Part shown: one piece after another, positions 8,501 to 16,692 of the stretch
Numbering within the stretch: position 1 is the first letter of the stretch
Layout: the number at the start of each line of letters is the position of its first letter
Origin: an uncultured Pseudomonadales bacterium
GTDB lineage: Bacteria > Patescibacteriota > Microgenomatia > UBA1400 > PJMF01
Reading direction: 5' to 3'
Assembly: GCA_964418385.1 (NCBI GenBank)
Contig: CAYQLH010000001.1
Location: 1-53,790 of the forward strand
DNA length: 53,790 bases
Made by a program: the position numbers and the translations under genes
The notes under the pieces: model-generated
Seen by the model: the letters and a program-made list of their open reading frames with translations, nothing else
Told to the model about the DNA's origin: nothing
The model's database searches: none

Positions 8501-9808
8501 CTAGCGACGACGCCCATTGGCTTTTGCTTTGCGGCGCTGGCCTGGTTTGGAAGCGATTTGATTATAAATTTTACTGATCTCGTCTGCTGTTTGCTGCCAT
8601 GAGTTATGATCGAGTTGAGAAAGCTGGTCGGCGACAACGTGCTGGCGATAATCATGATCATCGATTAAATGTAAAACTTCGGTTGCCATGGCGTCAATAT
8701 CCCAGAAATCAAATTTCGGGCTGTCGGACATGACTTCGACCACTCCAGAGTTTTTGGAGGCGATCACTGGCGTGCCCAACATCGCAGCTTCGGCGGCCAC
8801 TAAACCAAAGGGTTCGCTGACTGAAGGCATCACGAAAACATCAGCGCGGCGCAAAATCGCCTGCTGGGCACCACCACGTACAAAACCGGAAAAAAGTACG
8901 TTGGCGGAAAGCGATTTACTAGCCGTCGATAAGAGCAGATGCTGATACATGTCGCCCATACCTGAAACTACGAAGAGAATTTCTGGACGGATAGTGAGTA
9001 ATTTTTCGGCGAGTTTGAGGAAATAATCAGGACCTTTTTGCATCGTGAGCCGACCCATAAAAACAACCACTGGTCTGTTTTTGGCGAAAATTTTATCACC
9101 ACCAGAGAGTGTTTGCAAAAAACGGACTACGCCATTGTGAACGACGTCAATTTTACAAGGATCAATTGAATATTGCTCTACGAGTAATCTTTTGGTGTAA
9201 TAGCTGACAGCCAAGACACGATCAGCAAGGCGCATACCTTCAACTTCACACCGAGCGATGTAAGAATTGCGATCACTAGATCCAGAACGGTCGTATTCGG
9301 TTGAATGGATATGAGCAACAAAAGGAATGCCGAGTTCTTGTTTGATCCGAATCGCTGCTGGCATGGTCATCCAATCATGGGCGTGTACCAGATCAAATGA
9401 ACCTAAGTGTGAAAGCGCATAAGCAAAAACTTGATTGGCATATTCTTCAACTCGATCTTCCATCCAAGAACCAGGTAAAGGCAGGGAATTGTTTTTACCG
9501 TTTATTTGCAGTTTTTTGTGATTGCTGTAGGCGTGAAAGGGCGGTTTTGAGAGTGCATAATCAGGAAAAATTTGGCTCCAACTCGCGTGGGAACAATCGA
9601 CAACATCGTAATTCGTTTGGGTGTCTTTTGCAAGATAAGGCAAAGTAAATTTGAGATTGTAGCCGTCGCGAACGAGGGCGTCAGCCATAGCGGCGCAAGC
9701 GGTACCGAGACCACCACTATTGTGGGGCGGAAGTTCCCAGCCTATCATCAGCACTCTCGGTTTTTGTTTCACGCTTTTTATGATAGCACCCACTTTTGGC
9801 TTTGGCAA
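8501..9808 (-). CDS. Glycogen/starch-synthase-like glycosyltransferase (GT-B fold, GT4/GT5)
   Basis: MIGWELPPHNSGGLGTAC (a KxGGL-like motif). The C-terminal half has FVMPSVSEPFGLVAAEAAMLGTPVI (an E-x7-E region). The exact start is uncertain (TTG 9808, GTG 9772 or ATG 9748). Confidence 0.75.
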   Translation of the reverse strand: MPKPKVGAIIKSVKQKPRVLMIGWELPPHNSGGLGTACAAMADALVRDGYNLKFTLPYLAKDTQTNYDVVDCSHASWSQIFPDYALSKPPFHAYSNHKKLQINGKNNSLPLPGSWMEDRVEEYANQVFAYALSHLGSFDLVHAHDWMTMPAAIRIKQELGIPFVAHIHSTEYDRSGSSDRNSYIARCEVEGMRLADRVLAVSYYTKRLLVEQYSIDPCKIDVVHNGVVRFLQTLSGGDKIFAKNRPVVVFMGRLTMQKGPDYFLKLAEKLLTIRPEILFVVSGMGDMYQHLLLSTASKSLSANVLFSGFVRGGAQQAILRRADVFVMPSVSEPFGLVAAEAAMLGTPVIASKNSGVVEVMSDSPKFDFWDIDAMATEVLHLIDDHDYRQHVVADQLSQLDHNSWQQTADEISKIYNQIASKPGQRRKAKANGRRR

Positions 9809-9906
9809 GTAGATCTTTGGTAATCATAAGACATCAATTTTTTATGGGTCCAAAACTTTAAATATTAGAGGATATTTTTGCCTGGACGTTGTGCACGTCT
9901 GAGTCG

Positions 9907-9917
9907 TGTGATATAAT
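9907..9917 (+). promoter_or_regulatory. Extended -10 promoter (TGTGATATAAT) 7 nt from ATG 9925
   Basis: Exact motif. An inverted repeat GACGTTGTGCACGTC (9885-9899) overlaps the expected -35 position. Confidence 0.55.
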
Positions 9918-9924
9918 ATCCCCT

Positions 9925-11097
9925 ATGGATAAAGGAATTACGGTTGGTATTGATGCGCGTTTGAGTGGCGTGGCAAACGCGGGTTTGGGTCGTCATATAA
10001 TGAATTTAGCGGCGTATTTGCCCATTTTTTTACCTGATGATTGGCACTTGGTTTATTTTTTTGAAGAATTAGCGCAATTAGCTGAGGTGAGCAATTTAGT
10101 GGAAACGTTACCATCAAAGTTACAGCGCCAGGCTTTGGCTGGGATGAAACGGATGCAAGCGGTGGTGACGCCTGTGGGTCATTATGGCTGGGCAGAACAG
10201 TTGAAAATGCCTGGCTATTATAAGCAGGCACGACTAGATTTGTTGCACGTACCGCATTTTAATTTACCATATTTGGCGTCAGCAACTCATATTGTCGTGA
10301 CAATTCATGATCTGCTGTGGCATGAAAAACGTGGCCGAAATGTGACGACTTTACCTGCGTGGCAGTACGCACTTAAGTATTTTGCATATCGGCGGCTTGT
10401 AGATCACACGGTGGCTGCAGCCGATGCGATTATTACACCAAGCCAAAATATCCGTACGACCGTAGAGCGCTTTTATCCGAGTGCATCGCAAAAAATTAAA
10501 GTAATTTATAATGGAGTGACGCCGTGGTCAGCTGACGCTGCGGAGGTGAGTGTTGAGTTGCCTTGGAGTGATTATTTTTTGTACGTGGGGTCATTGTATC
10601 CGCACAAAAATGTAGACTTGGTTTTGCAAGTACTCCGCGATGATCCAGAATTGCATTTAGTGGTGGTTTCAGCGCGCAACGCTTTTACGGAAAACTTTAT
10701 TCAGAAAGTGACTCAATACGGTTTGCAGGAAAGGGTACTCATTTTGGGTAAACAAACTGACCAGCAATTGCGATCTCTATATCGTCACGCTTTAGCTTTG
10801 CTACAGCCTTCGCTTTCTGAAGGTTTTGGTTTAACTGGTGTTGAAGCGATGAATTGCGGTTGCCCGGTGGTGGCTTCGCAAATTCCAATTTTTGCAGAAA
10901 TTTATGCTGATGCAGCCGTTAATTTTGATCCAAAATCAGCAAAAAGCTTGGTTGTGGCTTTGCAAACGGTGCACGGTTGGACTCCTCGCGAGCGTCAAAA
11001 AGCAATTACTGCCGGTTATCGGCAAGCAGGCCGATATAGTTGGGAGCGGATGGCACGGGAAACAATGACGCTTTATCAGACGCTTGTGAAAAAGTAA
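9925..11097 (+). CDS. Glycosyltransferase family 4 (GT-B)
   Basis: MDKGITVGIDAR start and PSLSEGFGLTGVEAMNCGCPVVAS (GT4 E-x7-E motif). The start was chosen at the ATG 7 nt after the -10 element. Confidence 0.8.
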   Translation: MDKGITVGIDARLSGVANAGLGRHIMNLAAYLPIFLPDDWHLVYFFEELAQLAEVSNLVETLPSKLQRQALAGMKRMQAVVTPVGHYGWAEQLKMPGYYKQARLDLLHVPHFNLPYLASATHIVVTIHDLLWHEKRGRNVTTLPAWQYALKYFAYRRLVDHTVAAADAIITPSQNIRTTVERFYPSASQKIKVIYNGVTPWSADAAEVSVELPWSDYFLYVGSLYPHKNVDLVLQVLRDDPELHLVVVSARNAFTENFIQKVTQYGLQERVLILGKQTDQQLRSLYRHALALLQPSLSEGFGLTGVEAMNCGCPVVASQIPIFAEIYADAAVNFDPKSAKSLVVALQTVHGWTPRERQKAITAGYRQAGRYSWERMARETMTLYQTLVKK

Positions 11098-12233
11098 TGA
11101 TTATGAAGATGCCAAAAAAGGTGGCGATTGTTTACGATTGGGCAGATACGCGCTTTGGTGGCGCTGAAAAAGTGCTTGTGTCTTTAGCCAAACTTTATCC
11201 GGAAGCGACGTTGTTTGTGGCTTATCGTGAGAACGAAGCCGAATGGATAAGAATTTTTCGTGAAGTCCAAGTGAGTCCCCTTCAACATTGGCCGCGATGG
11301 TGGCGACGACACAAAAGTTGGTTGGCACCTTTTTTGCCTTGGGCTTTTGAGCAATTTGATTTCACAGGTTTTGATTTGGTAATTTCGGTGACCAGTTTTG
11401 CGGCTAAAGGCATTTTAACTAAACCGGGACAGTTGCACGTGTGCTATTTATTGACGCCAACGCGGTTTTTATTTTCACACGAAGATGAATACTTGCCACA
11501 CCGAGGTTTTTTGATTCGTTGGTTGCTTGAGAATTTACGTCGTTGGGACCAAGTTGCGATTTGGCGTCCGGATAAAGTGATTGCGATTTCACGTCTGGTG
11601 GCAGAGCGTTGCCATCGGTATTATGGACGCGATTCCGACGCCGTAGTTTATCCCACTATTTTGTCTGAAAATCCGCTTGGGTGTGAGCAAGGCGCGAAAT
11701 TGGAATTGGAATTGCCTGAGAAATTCTTTTTGTGCGTCGGACGCTGGCGTGCTTATAAAAAATTGGACTTAGTGGTGCGAGTGTGCGCTCGGAAAGGTTT
11801 TAATTTAATTTGTGTGGCGACTGGAGCGTCACAGCATGTACTCGAAAAGCAAATTTCACGCGATACAAAGCAAAAAATTTATTTGTTACAAAATGCAACG
11901 CCGAAAGCTTTACAAGTGTATTATAATAGGGCATTGGCGCTGGTGGCACCTGGTCTGGAAGATTTCGGAATCAATTTACTTGAAGCCAATCAGGCAGCTA
12001 CGCTGGTGGTAACACACCCAGATTCTGGTGCGCGAGAACTTTTGGACAAAAGTCAAGCGATTGATTTAAATCCTGAGTTTTTGGAAAGAAGTTTGGAGTT
12101 GGCTTTGGAGAAACTTGAAGCAGCGCTAAAGCGACGAGCACCAGTACAGCCGTTGGGCGAGCGTGATTTTATGACGGCATGGCTTAAAGAAATAAACCAA
12201 TATGAACAAGATGCAAAAAAAGAAAGTTTTTGA
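11097..12233 (+). CDS. Glycosyltransferase (GT-B, GT4-like)
   Basis: KKVAIVYDWADTRFGGAEKV and APGLEDFGINLLEANQAATLVV. The start is in a TAATG overlap with the preceding GT. Confidence 0.7.
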   Translation: MIMKMPKKVAIVYDWADTRFGGAEKVLVSLAKLYPEATLFVAYRENEAEWIRIFREVQVSPLQHWPRWWRRHKSWLAPFLPWAFEQFDFTGFDLVISVTSFAAKGILTKPGQLHVCYLLTPTRFLFSHEDEYLPHRGFLIRWLLENLRRWDQVAIWRPDKVIAISRLVAERCHRYYGRDSDAVVYPTILSENPLGCEQGAKLELELPEKFFLCVGRWRAYKKLDLVVRVCARKGFNLICVATGASQHVLEKQISRDTKQKIYLLQNATPKALQVYYNRALALVAPGLEDFGINLLEANQAATLVVTHPDSGARELLDKSQAIDLNPEFLERSLELALEKLEAALKRRAPVQPLGERDFMTAWLKEINQYEQDAKKESF

Positions 12234-13348
12234 TGTCAAGTGATGCGAAGCAACACCAGTTTGTGGTAATTTTGGCGGGCGGAAGTGGCACGCGTTTATG
12301 GCCGCGCTCGCGCGGGGAAACACCCAAACAATTTTTGAAAATCGTGGGTGAGACGACGATGCTGCAGTTGACTGCTCAGCGAGCGTTGAAAGTGGCCGAT
12401 TGGGATCATATTATCGTGATTACCAACGAAAAACACGCCCAAATGGTACGCGCACAACTGCCAGAAATTAAAGCGAGCAATGTACTTTTGGAACCAGAAA
12501 AACGCGATACGGCTTTGGCGATGTTGGTGGGCGCTTTGTATGCGCGTGCTTTAGACCCGGCAGCGGTGGTGATGAATTCAGCTTCTGATCATTACGTCAT
12601 GGATCATGATTTACCGGAGTTTGCCCGGACTATGGCAAAGGCATGCACAATTGCGAGCCAAGGTGAAAAATTAATTACTGTGGGCATCGCTCCACGCCGA
12701 CCAGAGACTGGTTTTGGTTATATCAAAGTTGGTGAGCAGTTGGACAATGATAAACGCTTGCCTGTTTGTCAGGTGGATGCTTTCACGGAAAAACCAAACG
12801 CCGCTACGGCAGCTGCTTTTATTGCCACTGGTAAGTATTTTTGGAATGCCAACATGTACGTCTGGTCGGCACAGACGCTTTGGGACGCTTTTGTGACGCA
12901 TGCGCCTAAAATTGCTGAAGCGGCGCAAATACTTTTAGAAGCAAAACCCAAAGATTTTCCGAAGCTCCTGCCGCAAGTTTATGCTGGTGCACCAAGTATT
13001 TCTATCGATTATGCCATTTCAGAAAAGGCTCACAATTTGGTATTGATTCCGGGCAATTTTGGTTGGTCGGACGTGGGTGATTGGCGCGTGGCGTATGAAC
13101 TTGGTGGCAAGGATGAGCATGAAAACGTTTTTACCAAAGAGCAAGCTGAGGCAAGCTTAAGTGTTTACGAAAGTCGAGATGATTTGGTAGCAAGTTCTAC
13201 CAAACGCTTGGTGGCTTTGGTGGGAGTAGAAAACTTGGTGATCGTGGATACACCAGAAGTGCTTTTGGTGTGTGATCGCGATCGAGCTCAGGATGTCAAA
13301 AAGATAGTAGAAGAGCTCAAAAAGCAGCAACGCGAGGAGTACTTGTAA
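12233..13348 (+). CDS. manC: Mannose-1-phosphate guanylyltransferase (no PMI domain)
   Basis: VILAGGSGTRLWPRSRGETPKQF, FGYIKVGE, FTEKPN, YFWNANMYVW and GWSDVGDW. Confidence 0.85.
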   Translation: MSSDAKQHQFVVILAGGSGTRLWPRSRGETPKQFLKIVGETTMLQLTAQRALKVADWDHIIVITNEKHAQMVRAQLPEIKASNVLLEPEKRDTALAMLVGALYARALDPAAVVMNSASDHYVMDHDLPEFARTMAKACTIASQGEKLITVGIAPRRPETGFGYIKVGEQLDNDKRLPVCQVDAFTEKPNAATAAAFIATGKYFWNANMYVWSAQTLWDAFVTHAPKIAEAAQILLEAKPKDFPKLLPQVYAGAPSISIDYAISEKAHNLVLIPGNFGWSDVGDWRVAYELGGKDEHENVFTKEQAEASLSVYESRDDLVASSTKRLVALVGVENLVIVDTPEVLLVCDRDRAQDVKKIVEELKKQQREEYL

Positions 13349-13353
13349 CCACT

Positions 13354-13992
13354 ATGCAAAAAAATAATTGGTATCGCTTAGAAAAAAGAGTTTTGGATGT
13401 GGTGGTGTCTTTAATTTTGATGGTGGTGTTTATTCCAGCATGGATTTTGGTGCCCTTGGCGATTTTTATTGAGTCTGGACGACCGATTTTTTTCAAACAT
13501 AAACGAGTGGGCCTCAATGGTCGTGAGTTTTATTTGTGGAAGTTTCGTTCGATGGTGAAAGATGCTGACAAAATTCTTCACGAAAACGATGACGTTTTGT
13601 TGCGGAAATTTAAAAACGGCGACTGGAAAATGAAAGCCTCAGAAGATCCGCGGATCACGCCTTTGGGCAAGTTTTTGCGCGCGTTTACCATTGATGAGTT
13701 TCCGCAACTTTTTAATGTCTTGCGAGGCGAGATGAGCATGGTGGGCCCACGCGCTTATTTGCGTGAAGAGTTGGAGGAGCAAACCGCGCGTTATCCAGAA
13801 ACAAAAAAGTATATCAAGGATATTATTTCGGTGAAGCCAGGTATTACTGGTCCGTGGCAAGTGAGCGGTCGCAACGAAATCCCTTTTGCCAAACGTGCTG
13901 AGCTCGATGCGACTTATGCGCAACAAGATTCTATCTGGGATGATATTAAGATTCTTTTCAAAACGCCCCGCGCAATGATTTCTAAGTGGTAG
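13354..13992 (+). CDS. Bacterial sugar transferase (polyprenyl-phosphate hexose-1-phosphate transferase, WbaP/EpsL family)
   Basis: One N-terminal TM helix, KFRSMVKDAD, DPRITPLGKFLRAFTIDEFPQLFNVLRGEMSMVGPR and DIKILFKT. Confidence 0.88.
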   Translation: MQKNNWYRLEKRVLDVVVSLILMVVFIPAWILVPLAIFIESGRPIFFKHKRVGLNGREFYLWKFRSMVKDADKILHENDDVLLRKFKNGDWKMKASEDPRITPLGKFLRAFTIDEFPQLFNVLRGEMSMVGPRAYLREELEEQTARYPETKKYIKDIISVKPGITGPWQVSGRNEIPFAKRAELDATYAQQDSIWDDIKILFKTPRAMISKW

Positions 13993-14066
13993 TGTGTCGG
14001 GCGGGACTCGAACCCGCGACATTCTGCTTAGAAGGCAGACACTCTATCCAGCTGAGTTACCGACAC
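13993..14066 (-). tRNA. tRNA-Arg (anticodon TCT)
   Basis: Perfect hand-folded cloverleaf with acceptor GTGTCGG/CCGACAC and D arm ACTC/GAGT. The anticodon stem is TCTGC/GCAGA with loop CTTCTAA. The T arm is GCGGG-TTCGAGT-CCCGC and the discriminator is A. It starts 1 nt after the convergent sugar-transferase stop codon. Confidence 0.95.
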
Positions 14067-14075
14067 ATGATATGT

Positions 14076-14084
14076 ATTATACCA
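14076..14084 (-). promoter_or_regulatory. Extended -10 promoter (TGGTATAAT) directly upstream of tRNA-Arg
   Basis: The reverse complement reads TGGTATAAT, 9 nt before the tRNA 5' end. Confidence 0.55.
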
Positions 14085-14104
14085 GATTTTGATGATTTTG
14101 GATG

Positions 14105-14204
14105 GGGAAGTGCTTTCAAGCGACAAACACCGGTCTGGAGGAGGACCGGCGTCGTCTGTCATTTCCCAAGAAACTTGGGCAGCGATTGCTCGCACTTACA
14201 TGAC
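14105..14204 (-). ncRNA. Candidate small structured RNA between a second promoter (GTGTTATAAT, 14211-14220) and tRNA-Arg
   Basis: A 9-bp hairpin ACGCCGGTC/GACCGGTGT (14127-14152) has loop CCUCCUCCA. Further hairpins are CCCAAG-UUU-CUUGGG (14165-14179) and a GCAA tetraloop (14181-14193). A possible closing helix is AAGUGC/GCACUU (14108-14113 with 14192-14197). There is no credible ORF. Confidence 0.25.
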
Positions 14205-14429
14205 ATTTTTATTATAACACAAAAATTAATTTCGCAAGTGGCAATTTTTGGAAGTGCACAAAACCAGTTTTGCCCAGAAGAATTTTCCTCAATAAAGAGG
14301 CTAGTGGTAGCGAAGTAACTTATATTATATCATATTATGTCTAATTTGTCAAGAGGCAATTTTGAAATTGAGCGATTTTACCTTAAATTTGGTGCCAATT
14401 TGCCTCATTTTTGAGGTATAATATGCTTT

Positions 14430-14855
14430 GTGATAACGGTAAACTTATTTGTGAATTCGCATTTTTTGGTTGACCGCAAGATGTTGCGCGAGCGAGCTTG
14501 CCAATTTTTGGCGGCACACCAGATGGAAAATGCGATTGTGGACGTTCACGTGGTGGGATCTCACAAAATAAAAACTCTTAATACTCAAATTGGACATGAA
14601 GGGGTGACGGATGTCCTTTCTTTTCCACAATATGATCCGAAAGAAAAAGATTTTGCGCTGCCGCCTGGTGTGCCACGACACTTGGGAGACGTGGTAATCA
14701 ATTTTGCGGAAGCGGTCAATCAAGCGCGCAAGAAGGGCAAAATGGTGGACGAGCAAGTTTGGTTTTACCTGGAACACGGGTTGTTGCATCTTTTGGGTTT
14801 TCACCATGATGATGGGATGGAAGAGACATATGCTCGCCCTGAAATCAAAATCTAA
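14430..14855 (+). CDS. ybeY: rRNA maturation endoribonuclease YbeY
   Basis: HGLLHLLGFHHDD zinc motif and TDVLSFP. The GTG start lies 7 nt after TATAAT (14417-14422). Confidence 0.88.
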   Translation: MITVNLFVNSHFLVDRKMLRERACQFLAAHQMENAIVDVHVVGSHKIKTLNTQIGHEGVTDVLSFPQYDPKEKDFALPPGVPRHLGDVVINFAEAVNQARKKGKMVDEQVWFYLEHGLLHLLGFHHDDGMEETYARPEIKI

Positions 14856-15906
14856 CACCGGCAGTGTTTGGCATTGGTGGCAGTCGTGTCTTTTGGTTTT
14901 TTGGCTGGCGGTTTTGGTGGGGCTTTTATTTTTGTGGCAGGCGCTCGCAAGCGTGGATAGTTTTTTGCAATATACAGATTTAACGACGTCAGAATTAACA
15001 CGTTTACTACACGAGGCGGCAGTAAAACCTTTACCAGATCAAAATGGTCGTGTCAACCTTTTGGTTTTGGGAGTAGATAGCGACGATTTTCGGACAGCCG
15101 CTCCTTTGACCGATACGATGATGATTGTGAGTTTGGAACCAGCAAGCAGCTCGGTGTGGCTGTTGCCTTTGCCGCGAGATTTGGTGTTGCCAGGAGAATC
15201 GCAGCGCATTAACGCGATTTACCCGATTTTTTGGCAGCAAGCAAGTGAGTCGGCGCGGGTGCAAACCGGTCACTATTTGAGTGAAAAACTGGGTGTGCCC
15301 TTGATGTGGACGGTTGTGGTTGCCATGAATGAGGTGAGCGAGTTTGTGGATTTGGTGGGGGGTGTGGACGTGAATGTGGAGCGCTCATTTGTGGATTATC
15401 AATATCCGCGCTCTGGGGTCGACGTGCGCGTGGTCCACGATCCAGCTTTGCTTTACGAAACCGTCAGTTTTGGAGAGGGACTCAATCACTTTGATGGCGA
15501 GCAAGCGCTGAAATTCATGCGTTCGCGTCACGCGCAATCCGAGGAAGGTTCTGATTTTGCGCGTTCGGCACGGCAGCAGCGAGTTTTGACTGCCCTTGGT
15601 GTGCGTTTGAGCAGCGAGTTGCAGTCTCAGCTAGCACATTTCGATTTTAGCCTTTTGGGCAAATTGTATGCTTTTTACCAAAAATATTATGCCGTGCAGG
15701 TGCCTTTTGAGGATGCTTTGGCGGTGGCCATAAAGTTTTTTCAACAAGGGCGATTGCCACAAGTCTGGAATCGACGTTTAAATGTGGATGAGCCTGGAAG
15801 CGCCATTGTGGAAAACAAAACTGATTTTACTTTGAGGGTGGAGAGTTTGGAAGCGTTGCGACGCGAAGTGCGCTTACAACTTGACTTGACGGAGTCTGAG
15901 AGTTGA
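14830..15906 (+). CDS. LytR-CpsA-Psr (LCP) family glycopolymer-to-cell-wall ligase
   Basis: N-terminal TM helix, LLVLGVDSDD, TDTMMIVSL, LPLPRDL and FDGEQALKFMRSRH. The start was moved to ATG 14830, because the upstream part of the ORF overlaps ybeY out of frame. Confidence 0.85.
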   Translation: MLALKSKSNTGSVWHWWQSCLLVFWLAVLVGLLFLWQALASVDSFLQYTDLTTSELTRLLHEAAVKPLPDQNGRVNLLVLGVDSDDFRTAAPLTDTMMIVSLEPASSSVWLLPLPRDLVLPGESQRINAIYPIFWQQASESARVQTGHYLSEKLGVPLMWTVVVAMNEVSEFVDLVGGVDVNVERSFVDYQYPRSGVDVRVVHDPALLYETVSFGEGLNHFDGEQALKFMRSRHAQSEEGSDFARSARQQRVLTALGVRLSSELQSQLAHFDFSLLGKLYAFYQKYYAVQVPFEDALAVAIKFFQQGRLPQVWNRRLNVDEPGSAIVENKTDFTLRVESLEALRREVRLQLDLTESES

Positions 15907-15965
15907 CAAGAATGCAGGTGTGTGCTATATTATGATAAGTTTATAGAAAAGTAAGAGAGGTGCTG

Positions 15966-16400
15966 ATGCCTAAAACAAAAACAACAAATCGAACTAATGG
16001 CCGGGTGTGCACAGAGTGCGGACGAGTAGTGCGCGTAGGCGATGTTTATTGTCCGGCCTGTGGTAAGTTTATCAACGATGGTAAACACAAACGTCCTGAA
16101 GAAACTGATATTCAGGAACCGCTAGAAGTTGTGAGTGCAACGCGAGTCCGCTCCGGTCACTCACGGATTATTGCTTCGATTTTGGCATTTTTCTTGGGTG
16201 GCTTGGGTGTCCACAATTTTTATTTGGGTTTTACTGGTCGTGGCGTCATTCAACTGCTTTTAACAGTTTTGCTTTCCTGGGTAACTTGCGGTGCTTCACT
16301 TCTTGCCGCTTATATCTGGGCTTTTGTAGAAGGAGTCTTGATTTTAGTGGGGGCAGATGGCTACAATACTGATGCCAACGGTGAAAGTCTACGCGATTAA
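15966..16400 (+). CDS. Zinc-ribbon plus TM2 domain membrane protein
   Basis: CTECGRVVRVGDVYCPACG (CxxC...CxxC), followed by ILAFFLGGLGVHNFYLGFTGRGVIQLLL (TM2 domain signature). An AGAGAGG RBS is present. Confidence 0.8.
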   Translation: MPKTKTTNRTNGRVCTECGRVVRVGDVYCPACGKFINDGKHKRPEETDIQEPLEVVSATRVRSGHSRIIASILAFFLGGLGVHNFYLGFTGRGVIQLLLTVLLSWVTCGASLLAAYIWAFVEGVLILVGADGYNTDANGESLRD

Positions 16401-16692
16401 ACAATGTTGGACGGTGTGGGCAGGTAGCTGCTTGTTGCCTGTGTGTGTTTTGGTTTTGTGGTGCTTACCAGAAAACTTTTGGTCTGCCTTGCCGTTTGAG
16501 CTGTGTTTGATTAAGCTTTTGACTGGTCACGAATGTTGGGGTTGCGGTAGTTTGCGCGGCTTTTCGCATTTGGCACATGGACACTTTGCGGCGGCATGGG
16601 CAAGCAATCCCTTGGTTTATTTTTGGCTTGGAGCCGGCATTGGTATGACTGCTTGGTGCTGGTGGCAGATTTGGAAAGAGCGGGATGCTTGA
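16357..16692 (+). CDS. DUF2752-like small membrane protein
   Basis: TGHECWGCGSLRGFSHL resembles the CPxCGxTR motif of DUF2752, flanked by hydrophobic helices. The start is uncertain, with an internal GTG after the TM2 stop also possible. It overlaps both neighbours. Confidence 0.6.
   Translation: MATILMPTVKVYAIKQCWTVWAGSCLLPVCVLVLWCLPENFWSALPFELCLIKLLTGHECWGCGSLRGFSHLAHGHFAAAWASNPLVYFWLGAGIGMTAWCWWQIWKERDA

Noticed and set aside
8500-8661. N-terminal 54-aa extension of the GH57 ORF overlapping the upstream GT gene
   Set aside because: GH57 homology starts at MPKVCFYFLLHQPYR (ATG 8499). The extension is out-of-frame overlap with a well-supported gene.
14158-14206. 15-codon mini-ORF (MSCKCEQSLPKFLGK) on the minus strand after GTGTTATAAT
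   Set aside because: The ATG is only 4 nt from the -10 hexamer, so the expected TSS would fall within or after it. There is no RBS, so I treat the region as RNA rather than coding.
13986-14318. 110-aa plus-strand ORF
   Set aside because: Its first 80 nt are antisense to a perfect tRNA-Arg. The remainder is low-complexity intergenic sequence without start signals.
14704-14829. Upstream extension of the LCP ORF (start 14704) overlapping ybeY
   Set aside because: The extension is basic, non-homologous sequence read out of frame through the conserved ybeY zinc motif. ATG 14830, followed by a TM helix, is the natural start.
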